The notes beneath the pieces are model-generated. The model was not told where the DNA came from, ran no database searches, and was given only the letters and a program-made list of their open reading frames with translations. From NCBI GenBank assembly GCA_963804645.1, contig CAWDRG010000009.1, positions 256,001 to 320,000 of the forward strand: a DNA stretch of 64,000 nt. Reading direction: 5' to 3'. Position 1 is the stretch's first letter. Each line of letters starts with the position of its first letter. The translations under genes and the position numbers were made by a program. Positions 1 through 8,973 of this stretch are shown here, in pieces. The stretch comes from an uncultured Bacillota bacterium. Lineage in GTDB: Bacteria; Sysuimicrobiota; Sysuimicrobiia; Sysuimicrobiales; Segetimicrobiaceae.

Positions 1-575
1 CAATCGGCGCTCACGTTGGAAAGGAACGTCACAAAGTGAAAGGTCGTGCCGCTGCCGTCGGACCGATACACCACGGTGATCGGCAGGTTGGGCAGCTTCA
101 TCGTCGGGTTGTCGGCCGCGAGCCGGGAATCGTTCCATTTCGTGATCGTGCCGAGGTAGATCAGCGCGATGTTCTGCCGAGTGAGCTTCAGCCCGGTCGC
201 CACGCCCGGGACGTTGTAGCTAATCGCGATCGCACCGGCCACCGTGGGCATCAACAGAATGGACCGCCCCATCTGCTTCAGCTGGTCGTCCGAGAGGGGC
301 GCGTCCGAGGCGCCGAAGTCCACGGTGCGCTGCCGGACCTGCTCGATGCCGCCGCCGCTCCCAATCGACTGGTAATTGATGCGGACCTCTGGGTGCATGC
401 GGTTATACTCGATAAACCACCGCGAATAGATCGGGTACGGGAACGTCGCTCCCGCCCCGTTCAGCGTAATGACCTCGGCGCCTCGGGCGGCTTGATTTCC
501 CGCGAAGGTCGCCAAGACGAGCCCGCAGACGATCACGAACCCACCCAGGGCACGTCTCCAGACACGATGCGTCAA
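1..575 (-). CDS. pstS: Phosphate ABC transporter substrate-binding protein (5' part, runs off window)
   Basis: Manual minus-strand translation from TTG at 575 (AAGGAGGG RBS upstream) gives a signal peptide, then LNGAGATFPYPIYSRW...NYQSIGSGGGIEQ...VDFGASDAPL, classic PstS motifs. Not listed in the ORF track. Confidence 0.93.
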   Translation of the reverse strand, partial: MTHRVWRRALGGFVIVCGLVLATFAGNQAARGAEVITLNGAGATFPYPIYSRWFIEYNRMHPEVRINYQSIGSGGGIEQVRQRTVDFGASDAPLSDDQLKQMGRSILLMPTVAGAIAISYNVPGVATGLKLTRQNIALIYLGTITKWNDSRLAADNPTMKLPNLPITVVYRSDGSGTTFHFVTFLSNVSAD

Positions 576-653
576 GCGTCTCCCTCCTTTTGCGCGATAA
601 CAGCGTCGTTCAACCCACTCCCGGCGTTACCGAGGAGCCCGGGAGTCACCCCT

Positions 654-696
654 ACCGTAACGCCCAAGCATTAACCCCCGGTGATTGGACAGTTAG
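654..696 (-). promoter_or_regulatory. Pho-box-like promoter of pstS
   Basis: Minus strand reads CTAAC-N6-ATCAC-N6-TTAAT-N10-TACGGT: 11-bp periodic repeats over the -35 region followed by a -10-like hexamer. Confidence 0.55.
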
Positions 697-709
697 CCGG
701 TCTTAAGAG

Positions 710-860
710 CAGCGCCACTAAGATAATTTGACATGGACGTCGAATAGGCCCCTCGCACGGGTTCGATCGCAGCCATCGTCGCAGCAACAATCGCAGCAGC
801 GAGGTGAGCTTCCATGGCCGCAGCGTCCGCCACGCCGCCCGCCGTGCCCGGTCAATCTGG
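710..860. repeat. Left arm of ~150-bp inverted repeat (partner 1447-1599)
   Basis: Direct comparison: reverse complement of 1447-1599 with two substitutions near the tip and one 2-nt deletion. Confidence 0.95.
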
Positions 861-1495
861 ATCCGCAATGAGCAGCGTCTCTTGGGGAATGGGGGGAGCT
901 GCTCGAGCGCGTGTTGCAGTTCGCTCCGGCCGGCATCGGCGCAGAACGAGAGGCGCGGGGGAAGCCGCGGAACAGGTCGTAGCACACCAGCAGGCACCCC
1001 GGCAACAACGGCGAGCGGACATCCCAGGTGAGCTTGAGCCGATGGGCCACCGCATCCAGGCGCGTGCGTCCAGGATCCAGACCTCGGAGAAGCGCTCGCG
1101 CACCCCCGCCACGGCGGCGGCGTAGGTCGTGCGGGCCTCCGGCACCAGGTGCGCGACATACTCGTCGTAAAGGACGCGGAAGAAGGTCGGGCCGCAGCCG
1201 CTCGGCGCGTTGGAAAAAGGCCTCCGGAGAGGTGCGCGCCGCCGGCCCCAGGTGGGGGAACATGATGCCCGTTTCTCGCAACGCCTGGGGTCAGCGAACG
1301 GGGGCCCGTGAGGAGCACGGTGAGCCAAAACTGAGCCAGGGCGGCCAAAGACCAGCGGCGTTGGCGTTCCCGATTCCGGACCCGCTGGAACACCGTGTTA
1401 CATAAGGCTGCCGTGAGATGCGTGTGCAGGAGCTTGATGATTTGAGCCAGATTGACCGAGGGCACGGCGGGCGGCGTGGCGGACGCTGCGGCCAT
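861..1495 (-). pseudogene. IS4-family DDE transposase, frameshifted and 3'-truncated
   Basis: Pieces lie in three frames: RERQRRWSL.., SPEAFFQRAERL, RERFSEVWILD/TRLDAVAHRLK, GCLLVCYDLFRG, ETLLIAD. The sequence stops around the second catalytic Asp. Confidence 0.75.
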
Positions 1496-1758
1496 GGAAG
1501 CTCACCTCGCTGCTGCGATTGTTGCTGCGACGATGGCTGCGATCGAACCCGTGCGAGGGGCCTATTCGACGTCCATGTCAAATTATGTTAGTGGCGATGG
1601 GTCTTAAGAGGCAGTTATTCCGACACCCGGAGGTCTCGCCGCGCGTCGGGGACCCTCAAAGTTGCTTCTGCCGCCCTTCGGGACCCCGCCGACGGGAATC
1701 CGCCGCGCCCTGCCGAATCCGTACCTGTTGCTCGAAATCGCCAGGAAGGGAGCTCCGA

Positions 1759-2364
1759 ATGGATCCGATGATCGAACGTTTGTCCAAGCTCGCCACGTCC
1801 ACCCTCGGTCATTTCGTGGAAGAGGGGTTTCTCGATATCGCCATCTCCCCCGTGTTCCGCCCCATCAAGTGCGCGGGCCGGGCCCTGACGGTTGGGGAGC
1901 ACTCCAGCACGCGGGATGCGATTCGCGCGGCGCAGCCCGGGGAGGTGATGATGGTCGCGCGGGGCGGGGAAGCCCGCTACGCTGGGTTTGGAGGCATGGT
2001 CGCGCTGGCCTGCAAGAACGCCGGGTTTGCCGGCGTGGTGCTCGATTGTCCGACGTGCGACTATGCCGAGATCGTCGAGTTCCAGCTTCCGGTGTTCTCA
2101 CGCGGGATCTCGGCGCTGCTGCCGAAGGGCCGCGACTACCGCGATCCGATCCGGCAGCCGATCGTCTGCGGCGGCATCCGCGTCGCGAATGGAGATTACG
2201 TGCTGGGCGACGACGACGGGATCCTCGTGATTCCCCCGTCGCAGGTTGAGGCGATCGTGGTGCGGGGCGAGGCGGCGGAGAAGCGCGGGATCGAAACCCG
2301 CGCGCTCCTCGAGGCGGGCAAGACGCTGGACGAGGTCAACGAGATCAGGAGGGGACACGCATGA
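1759..2364 (+). CDS. RraA-like / HMG-CHA aldolase family protein
   Basis: Motifs AGRALTV, GFGGMVALAC..AGFAGVVLD...D, LPVFSRG and GDYVLGDDDGILVIP. ATG at 1759 follows a GGAAGGGAG RBS. Confidence 0.85.
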   Translation: MDPMIERLSKLATSTLGHFVEEGFLDIAISPVFRPIKCAGRALTVGEHSSTRDAIRAAQPGEVMMVARGGEARYAGFGGMVALACKNAGFAGVVLDCPTCDYAEIVEFQLPVFSRGISALLPKGRDYRDPIRQPIVCGGIRVANGDYVLGDDDGILVIPPSQVEAIVVRGEAAEKRGIETRALLEAGKTLDEVNEIRRGHA

Positions 2365-3914
2365 CGCGATGGCTGCTTGCGGCGATCATCACGGGCGCGC
2401 TGGTCGTCGCCGGCGCGGCGTCCTGGGGCGCCACGACCGGCGGAACCCAGCCCAAGCGCGGCGGGACGTTCATCTGGGGGCTGTCCACCGAGCCGCCGGA
2501 CCTGGACCCCCAGGTCGACTCGGGGGTGGCGGCCGGGTACATCAAGGAAGCCGTGTACGAAGGGCTCGTCCGCTACGGGCACAACGGCGCGATCGTGCCG
2601 GATCTGGCCGTGCGCTGGGGCATGGTCGGCAACACGCAGATCGTGTTTCACCTGCGGCCGAACGTGAAGTTCCACAACGGCGACCCGTTCACCGCGGCGG
2701 ACGTCAAGTTCTCGTTTGACCGCCTGCTGAATCCGAAGACCGGGGCGTCCCTCACCGGGAATCTGAAGACGATCCAGAGCGTCGAGATCATGGACCCGAT
2801 GACCGTCAAGATCGTCCTCAGCCAGCCGTTCGCGCCGCTGCTCGCGTACCTCGCGCAGCCCTACGGCGCGATGGTGGACAGCAAGTTCGTGCAGGGCGGG
2901 GCGAACCTCCGCTCGACGATGATGGGCACCGGCCCGTTCAAGTTCGTCTCCTGGCAGCCCGGGCAGAGCGTGCGCGTCGTCCGGAACGACGCGTACTGGA
3001 ACACGGGCCACCCGTACCTCGACGCGATCAACTACCAGATCATCGCCGACGACCAGACGCGCCTCACCGCGCTGCGGGCCGGCGACGTCATGCTCGCGGA
3101 CTTCATCCCGCAGGAGCAGATGAACGCGATCCAGCGCGACCCGCAGCTCCAGCTGTACGCCGACGTCGGCATCTTCACGTGCATCATCTTCAACGTGTCC
3201 CGGAAGCCCTACGACGACGTCCGCGTGCGCCAGGCGATCGCGTACGCGATCGACCGCGACGCGATGGTCAAGACGATCTTCGACGGCCGCGGCACCTCGA
3301 TCACGGGCGACGTGATCCCGAAGAGTTGGTGGGCGTACGACAGCAAGGCGGACGGCACGTACACGTACAACCCCGACAAGGCCAAGGAGCTGCTGAAGGA
3401 GGCCGGGTATCCGAACGGCCTCAAGATTACGATCCTGGCGCCGATCACCTTCACGCTGCACACGCGCACCGCGCAGGTGCTGCAGGCGCAGCTGGCCAAG
3501 GTCGGCATCGACGCCACGCTCGACCTCCCGGAGTGGGCCGTCGTGCTGAACCGCCACCTCCAGGGCGACTACGGGGTCGAGGTCCGGGGGCTCACGGCCT
3601 CGGTCAACGATCCGGACTTTCTGACGCTGTACTACGAGTCGGACCAGCCGTACTACGCGAAGCAGGTCGGCTTCAAGGACGCGCAGATCGACGGTTGGCT
3701 CGATCAGGCGCGGGTCCTCGACAATCAGACGCTGCGCAAGGCGCTGTACGCGAAGGTGACCGAACGGGCGCTCACGCTGTCCCCCTGGGTCTACATCGCG
3801 TGGGGCGACTCGGGCGAGGCGGGCCGCAACTACGTGCGCGGGTACGAGCACTTCCCGGGACCGATCGGACGGTACTCCGGCTTCTCGCTGCAGGACACCT
3901 GGCTGGCGAAGTAG
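2361..3914 (+). CDS. ABC transporter substrate-binding protein, family 5 (peptide/nickel)
   Basis: Signal peptide, LDP, FHLRPNVKFHNGDPFTAADVKFSF, GTGPFKF and VRQAIAYAIDR motifs. Confidence 0.95.
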   Translation: MTRWLLAAIITGALVVAGAASWGATTGGTQPKRGGTFIWGLSTEPPDLDPQVDSGVAAGYIKEAVYEGLVRYGHNGAIVPDLAVRWGMVGNTQIVFHLRPNVKFHNGDPFTAADVKFSFDRLLNPKTGASLTGNLKTIQSVEIMDPMTVKIVLSQPFAPLLAYLAQPYGAMVDSKFVQGGANLRSTMMGTGPFKFVSWQPGQSVRVVRNDAYWNTGHPYLDAINYQIIADDQTRLTALRAGDVMLADFIPQEQMNAIQRDPQLQLYADVGIFTCIIFNVSRKPYDDVRVRQAIAYAIDRDAMVKTIFDGRGTSITGDVIPKSWWAYDSKADGTYTYNPDKAKELLKEAGYPNGLKITILAPITFTLHTRTAQVLQAQLAKVGIDATLDLPEWAVVLNRHLQGDYGVEVRGLTASVNDPDFLTLYYESDQPYYAKQVGFKDAQIDGWLDQARVLDNQTLRKALYAKVTERALTLSPWVYIAWGDSGEAGRNYVRGYEHFPGPIGRYSGFSLQDTWLAK

Positions 3915-3932
3915 CCTGACCACCGCGCGGCC

Positions 3933-4880
3933 GTGGGCGCGTATATTCTCCGCCGCGTGATCGCCGCCGTCCTCATGACGGTGGCGATCACGACGGCGGT
4001 GTTCTTGATGCTCCGCGCCGTGCCCGGAGACGTCGTCGTCGTCATGCTCGGGGAGGGCGCGGCGACGCCGGAAAACGTCGCGGCGATGCGCCACGCGCTC
4101 GGCCTGGACCGCCCGCTGCTGGTGCAGTACGGCTCGTGGCTCACGCACGTCGCGCGCGGCGACTTCGGCAGCTCGATCATCTCGGGCGTCTCGATCGGGG
4201 CGCAGCTCGGCGAGCGCATCCCCCGGTCGCTCGAACTCGGGGCCGTCGCGCTCTCGCTCGGCGTCGTAGTAGGGATCCCGCTCGGCGTGTTCGCGGCGCA
4301 CCGGCCCGGCGGCGCGCTCGATCTCGCGATCACGGGCATCGGGGCCCTCGGCCTGATGTTTCCGGCGTTCGTCGTCGGCACGCTGTTCGTGCTGCTCTTC
4401 GGGCTCGTCCTCCACTGGTTCCCCGCGACCGGCTACATCGAGTTCTCGGACGACCCGATCGGCCACATCCGGCACCTGGTCCTGCCCGCCGTGACGCTCG
4501 CCCTGACGTTCGCCCCCGTCATCATGCGGATGACGCGCGCGGGCATGCTCGAGGCGCAGTCCCAGGACTTCGTGCGCACGGCCCGCTCCAAGGGCCTGGC
4601 CGAGCGCACGGTCCTGGTGAAGCACGTGCTCCGCAACTCGCTCATCCCCGTCATCACCGTGCTCGGCCTGCAGGCAGGGGAGTTGATCGGGCGGATCGTG
4701 CTGATCGAGTACATCTTCAACTGGCCCGGCCTGGCGGGCCTGCTCCTCACCGGGGTGTTCGGCCGCGACTACCCCACGGTCCAAGCGGTCGTCGTGGTCA
4801 TCGCGTTCTCGTTCGTGTTCATCAACCTCCTCGTCGACCTGACGTACATGCTGGTCGACCCGCGGATCCGGCTGGCGTGA
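3933..4880 (+). CDS. ABC transporter permease (DppB/OppB type)
   Basis: LGLDRPLLVQY...GDFG, EAA-loop DFVRTARSKGL and C-terminal DPRIR. Confidence 0.95.
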   Translation: MGAYILRRVIAAVLMTVAITTAVFLMLRAVPGDVVVVMLGEGAATPENVAAMRHALGLDRPLLVQYGSWLTHVARGDFGSSIISGVSIGAQLGERIPRSLELGAVALSLGVVVGIPLGVFAAHRPGGALDLAITGIGALGLMFPAFVVGTLFVLLFGLVLHWFPATGYIEFSDDPIGHIRHLVLPAVTLALTFAPVIMRMTRAGMLEAQSQDFVRTARSKGLAERTVLVKHVLRNSLIPVITVLGLQAGELIGRIVLIEYIFNWPGLAGLLLTGVFGRDYPTVQAVVVVIAFSFVFINLLVDLTYMLVDPRIRLA

Positions 4881-5692
4881 AGCGGCCCAACGTGCGTCTG
4901 GTCGTCGCGGGGTCGCTGCTGCTGCTGCTGTGCGGCGGGGCCGTCCTCGCGCCGTGGCTCGCGCCGGCCCCGCCGCTCGAGATGGGGTCGGCGCTGCTCG
5001 CCGGCCCGTCCCCGGCGCACCCGCTCGGGACCGACTCGTTCGGACGGGACACCTTGTCGCGCCTGCTCTACGGCGCCCGCGTCTCGCTCGCGATCTCGCT
5101 CTCGTCGGTCCTGATCGCGTCGGCGGCCGGCACCCTGCTCGGGCTCGCCAGCGCGACGTACCGAGGGGCCGTCGAGTGGTCGGCGATGCGGTTCGTCGAT
5201 CTGATCCTCGCGTTTCCTCCGATCCTGCTCGCGATCGCCGCGGTGACGTTTCTCGGGTCGGGGCTCGCCAAGCTCGTGATCGTCATCGCGATCCTGTACA
5301 TCCCGAGCTTCGCCCGGCTGTCGTACGGCAGCGCGCTCGGGGTCGTCCAGCGTGAATATCTCGAGGCCGCGCGCGCGCTCGGCGCCTCCGTCTGGCATCA
5401 GATGCGGCTGCACATCCTGCCGAACATCGCCGGCCCGCTGATCGTGCAGGCCTCGCTGTCCGCCGGGTTCGCGATCGTCGTCGAGTCGGGGCTGAGCTTT
5501 CTCGGGCTCGGCGTGCTGCCGCCGGCGCCGACGTGGGGGCGCATGGTCAGCGAGAGCCGCAACTACATGCAGCTGGCACCGCTCTTGCTCCTGTGGCCCT
5601 CGCTCGCGATCGCCTTCGCCGTGGGATCGTTCAACATGCTGGGCGACGGGCTGCGCGACGCGCTGGACCCCAGGACGATCACCCGCACGTAG
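4877..5692 (+). CDS. ABC transporter permease (DppC/OppC type)
   Basis: HPLGTDSFGRD, EYLEAARALGA and GDGLRDALDP. GTG start overlaps the previous stop. Confidence 0.93.
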   Translation: MKRPNVRLVVAGSLLLLLCGGAVLAPWLAPAPPLEMGSALLAGPSPAHPLGTDSFGRDTLSRLLYGARVSLAISLSSVLIASAAGTLLGLASATYRGAVEWSAMRFVDLILAFPPILLAIAAVTFLGSGLAKLVIVIAILYIPSFARLSYGSALGVVQREYLEAARALGASVWHQMRLHILPNIAGPLIVQASLSAGFAIVVESGLSFLGLGVLPPAPTWGRMVSESRNYMQLAPLLLLWPSLAIAFAVGSFNMLGDGLRDALDPRTITRT

Positions 5693-5876
5693 GGCCGCAG
5701 CACCCCGGATCGCGCCGCGGTCGCGGCGTGCCGCGACCCGTCCCACCGCGACGGTATGTTCCCATTGGCCGCCGGCCTCGGATCCTCAGCGTAGTACTTT
5801 CGGGGCAGGGGACGGCTCCCGGGTGGGTCGGAAGTCCGATGGACGGTGAGGCCGGTGGGTTCTATGCTTGAGACCC

Positions 5877-6671
5877 ATGACGTCGCACGACTGCACGGTG
5901 GGGGGCACGAGCGCACCGAGCAACCGGGTGACGGAGGACGAATGCGTGCAACTGCTCGATGAAGTGGTCGCGAGCACTCGCGCCGGACAGATGGCGGTGC
6001 GAGATTTGACCGAGGATGAGGTCGCGCTGGTTCGGGGGCTCGCGGAGCCCTCTCCGTCGGCGGCCGTGGTACCTGCGCCTCCCCGCGGGCCACGGCCGTC
6101 GGCGTGGGAATTCGTGCGCACGAACGACGTCACGCTTGAGGGCTGGTCGCGCGCATTGGAGTTCCGGGACCGGGAAACCGACGGGCACGCGCGGCGGGTC
6201 ACGGAGCTCACGCTGCATCTCGCCAAGCTCCTCGACATCCCCGAGGACGAGCGCATCCACATCCGCCGCGGCGCGCTGCTGCACGATATCGGCAAGATGG
6301 CGATCCCCGACAGCATCCTGCTCAAACCCGGCGCGCTGACCCAGCGGGAATGGGATACGATGCGCCTGCACCCGGTCTACGCCTACGAGCTGCTCTCGCC
6401 GATCGCCCATCTGCGGCCGGCGCTCGACATCCCCTACTGCCACCACGAACGCTGGGACGGCTCAGGGTATCCCCGCGGCCTGCAGGGCGAGGAAGTCCCG
6501 CTCTCGGCCCGCGTCTTCATGCTGGCGGACGTCTGGGACGCGCTCCGGTCGAACCGCCCGTACCGGCTGGCGTGGCCCGGCCCCCGGACCGCGGAGTTCA
6601 TCCAGGGAAACGCCGGGAGGCTGTTCGACCCGGAGATCGTGAAGATCTTCCTGCCGCTCGTTCCCTACTGA
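5877..6671 (+). CDS. HD-GYP domain protein (cyclic dinucleotide phosphodiesterase family)
   Basis: ETDGHARRV, LLHDIGK, HHERWDGSGYPRGL and ADVWDAL..RPYR motifs. Start is uncertain (5868 or 5877). Confidence 0.9.
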   Translation: MTSHDCTVGGTSAPSNRVTEDECVQLLDEVVASTRAGQMAVRDLTEDEVALVRGLAEPSPSAAVVPAPPRGPRPSAWEFVRTNDVTLEGWSRALEFRDRETDGHARRVTELTLHLAKLLDIPEDERIHIRRGALLHDIGKMAIPDSILLKPGALTQREWDTMRLHPVYAYELLSPIAHLRPALDIPYCHHERWDGSGYPRGLQGEEVPLSARVFMLADVWDALRSNRPYRLAWPGPRTAEFIQGNAGRLFDPEIVKIFLPLVPY

Positions 6672-6702
6672 GCCCGGCACCCACGCAGCGCTTGCACGCC
6701 TG

Positions 6703-6711
6703 TGCTACAAT
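6703..6711 (+). promoter_or_regulatory. Extended -10 promoter element
   Basis: TGCTACAAT lies 10 nt before GTG 6722. Confidence 0.5.
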
Positions 6712-6721
6712 CTATCGTGCT

Positions 6722-7465
6722 GTGACGACGCGGTACTGCGCGCAGTGCGAAATTGCCATGGAGCCGTTCTTCGACTCCACGTGCGAAGCCCCGGTGGCCT
6801 GGCTGTGCCAGGGCTGCCGCAGCGTGCAGATGGACGTCGAGCGCGTCAGCCTCTCCCCAGAGGCGCAGTTGGAGTTGTCGGGGCTGGAGGCGTTTCTCCG
6901 GACCTCGGGCTCGGGCACGTCGCCAGAGGTCAGCCGCGCGCGCGCACGCGCGCGTGTGACCGCCGCGGGCATCCGCGAGATCCCGGTCGACGTGGAGCGC
7001 ATCGCCGAACACTGCGGCTATCCGGTCCAGGACCGCTCGCTCGCCGCCGGCCAGCGCGGCACGATCGCCCGCGACGGAGACCACACCATCATCGTCATCA
7101 ATCGCGACCGGCCGGGCCAAACGCCGGCCGAACGCCGGTGGATCGTGGCCGAGGAACTCGGCCACGCCTTGCTCGAGCACACGACCCTGGTCGCCAGCAG
7201 CGCGCCCGGCGGGGCGCCGACGATGCTCGAGCCGCGGCGCCGCACCGAAGAGCGTGAAGCCAAGGAGTTCGCCGCCGAGATCCTGATGCCCGAGGAGAAG
7301 GTCCGGGGACGGTTCGCTGAAATGGCGCCCCGCATCTACCGCACGCTGGGCCTGCGCCAGCGCGAGACCGAGACCGGCGAGGTCGTGGTGACGCTGGCGC
7401 GCATGTTCGGGGTCACGCCCACGGCGATGCGGGTGCGTCTCGAGGAGCTCGAGCTCGTCCGCTGA
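6722..7465 (+). CDS. ImmA/IrrE-family metallopeptidase-like protein with N-terminal CxxC-CxxC zinc ribbon
   Basis: IPVDVERIA, RRWIVAEELGH, EREAKEFAAEILMP and LARMFGVTPTAMRVRL. N-terminus has CAQC...CQGC. Confidence 0.8.
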   Translation: MTTRYCAQCEIAMEPFFDSTCEAPVAWLCQGCRSVQMDVERVSLSPEAQLELSGLEAFLRTSGSGTSPEVSRARARARVTAAGIREIPVDVERIAEHCGYPVQDRSLAAGQRGTIARDGDHTIIVINRDRPGQTPAERRWIVAEELGHALLEHTTLVASSAPGGAPTMLEPRRRTEEREAKEFAAEILMPEEKVRGRFAEMAPRIYRTLGLRQRETETGEVVVTLARMFGVTPTAMRVRLEELELVR

Positions 7466-7492
7466 CGGCCGCCCGTTGGCCGCACAGATATG

Positions 7493-7528
7493 ACACCGCC
7501 CGTCCGGCCGGTGCCGGACGGGCGGTGT
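7493..7528. terminator. Stem-loop between convergent genes (probable bidirectional terminator)
   Basis: Perfect 16-bp stem ACACCGCCCGTCCGGC / GCCGGACGGGCGGTGT with a 4-nt loop. Confidence 0.75.
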
Positions 7529-7552
7529 GCTAGTCCATCGAAACGCTCGCGG

Positions 7553-8908
7553 CTAGGCGGCCCTCCAGGCGCGGGCGAACCACAGCCAGGCCGTGCCGAC
7601 CGCGTGCAGCGCCGCTTCCAGCTGCGGATCCTGTCCGTGCTCCATGTCCTCGGCCGTGAACTTGACCGGGACGTTCGGGGTGATGCCGACCGCTTCCACC
7701 TGCAGGTTCTTCGGGGTCAGGATCCGCTCGACGGTCACCGACATGCCGCCGTCGGGCAGACGCGCCGTGATGGATCCCCCAAGCGCGCCCGCCGTCTTGT
7801 CGCCCACGATCGTCGCCCGCTGATAGTCCTTGAACGCGCCGGTAAGGATCTCGGACGCCGACGCGCTGGACGCGTCCACGACCACCGCCATCGGCACGTC
7901 GAGCAGCATGGCGAGCCCCGAGGTCATCAGCGTGCTCGCCGCCTGGCCCCGCTCGTGGATGCGCGCGAGGATCGTGTTCGGCGGCATGAAGATCCCACCC
8001 ACGCTCGCCGCCTCCGTGATCAAGCCGCCCGGATTGCCGCGCAGGTCCAGGATCACCGAGTGAATCGGGCCCTGCGACTGGAGGCCCTGAATCGCCTCGC
8101 GGAGCTGCTGCCCGGTCCCCTCCGTGAACTCGAAGATCTTCAGGTACGCGACGCCCGGAGCGGCGAAGTTCGCCTCCACCTTGATTTCCTTGATCGGGGC
8201 GCGCGTCACCGCGATCTGCAGCGTCTGCGTCCCGCGTTGCACCGTGATGTTCGCGACCGTCCCCGCCGGGCCGCGGATCAATGTGCTCGCGTCTTCCGCG
8301 GTCTTATTCACCAGGGACTGTCCGTTGACGGTGACGATGCGGTCGAACCGCTTGATGCCCGCCTGGGCCGCCGGAGAATCGGGGAACACGTTTTCGACGA
8401 ACACGTAGGCGGTCCCGCTCGTGTCCTTTTGGGCCGTGATAACGACGCCGATCCCGGTGAACGTCGGGTTGCCGAACAACTGCACTCGGCTCTCCTCATA
8501 CGTCTTCGGGTCCATGAAGTAGGTATGGCTGTCACGCAGCGAGAGCAGCATCCCCTGCGTCGCGACGTACGCGAGCTGGGTCTCCGGCATGGCCTGCGTC
8601 TCCGCCGCCCGCGAGAACTCCGACACGAACTGCGCGTCGGCCACCGCCTCCGGCGTGCCCTGCGTGACGTCCGGCAGCATGTCGGGGCTCTCGTTCGTCG
8701 CCTTTCTGAGCGTCGCCACGGCCGCGTTCAGGAGCGGGATCGGCTGGACCGGATCCACGTAGTCCTGCTCCAGCACCCGCAGCGCGGCGACGACGAGCGA
8801 TCCGTCGGCCGCAGACGCGCGCGGCACTTCGGTGAACGGTATCAACAAGAGCAGAACGGCGAGCAGGCCCGCCAGGTACGTGCGCAGTGCTGCGCGTTGC
8901 TGCGTCAT
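7553..8908 (-). CDS. S41 family C-terminal processing peptidase (CtpA-like, PDZ domain)
   Basis: Signal peptide, FTGIGVVI PDZ loop, ILDLRGNPGG, SASASEIL and GDKTAG motifs. Confidence 0.92.
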   Translation of the reverse strand: MTQQRAALRTYLAGLLAVLLLLIPFTEVPRASAADGSLVVAALRVLEQDYVDPVQPIPLLNAAVATLRKATNESPDMLPDVTQGTPEAVADAQFVSEFSRAAETQAMPETQLAYVATQGMLLSLRDSHTYFMDPKTYEESRVQLFGNPTFTGIGVVITAQKDTSGTAYVFVENVFPDSPAAQAGIKRFDRIVTVNGQSLVNKTAEDASTLIRGPAGTVANITVQRGTQTLQIAVTRAPIKEIKVEANFAAPGVAYLKIFEFTEGTGQQLREAIQGLQSQGPIHSVILDLRGNPGGLITEAASVGGIFMPPNTILARIHERGQAASTLMTSGLAMLLDVPMAVVVDASSASASEILTGAFKDYQRATIVGDKTAGALGGSITARLPDGGMSVTVERILTPKNLQVEAVGITPNVPVKFTAEDMEHGQDPQLEAALHAVGTAWLWFARAWRAA

Positions 8909-8964
8909 CTCTCACACACTCCTCGATCGCCGTCCTCACTCGACGCTTTCCCACAATTTCGACC

Positions 8965-8973
8965 ATCATACCA
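8965..8973 (-). promoter_or_regulatory. Extended -10 element of the S41 peptidase gene
   Basis: TGGTATGAT on the minus strand about 57 nt upstream of the ATG. Confidence 0.45.

Larger units (their letters stand above)
710..1599 (-). mobile_element. Defective IS4-family insertion sequence, 890 bp
   Basis: Ends read CAGCGCCACTAAGATAATTTGACA and CATCGCCACTAACATAATTTGACA (inverted). An 11-bp direct repeat GGTCTTAAGAG flanks the element at 699-709 and 1600-1610. Transposase fragments lie inside. Confidence 0.85.

Noticed and set aside
36..674. 212-aa plus-strand ORF
   Set aside because: Antisense shadow of pstS, which has clear family motifs on the minus strand.
6350..6721. Long N-terminal extension of the IrrE-like ORF
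   Set aside because: It overlaps the HD-GYP gene. The promoter element at 6703 supports a start at 6722.
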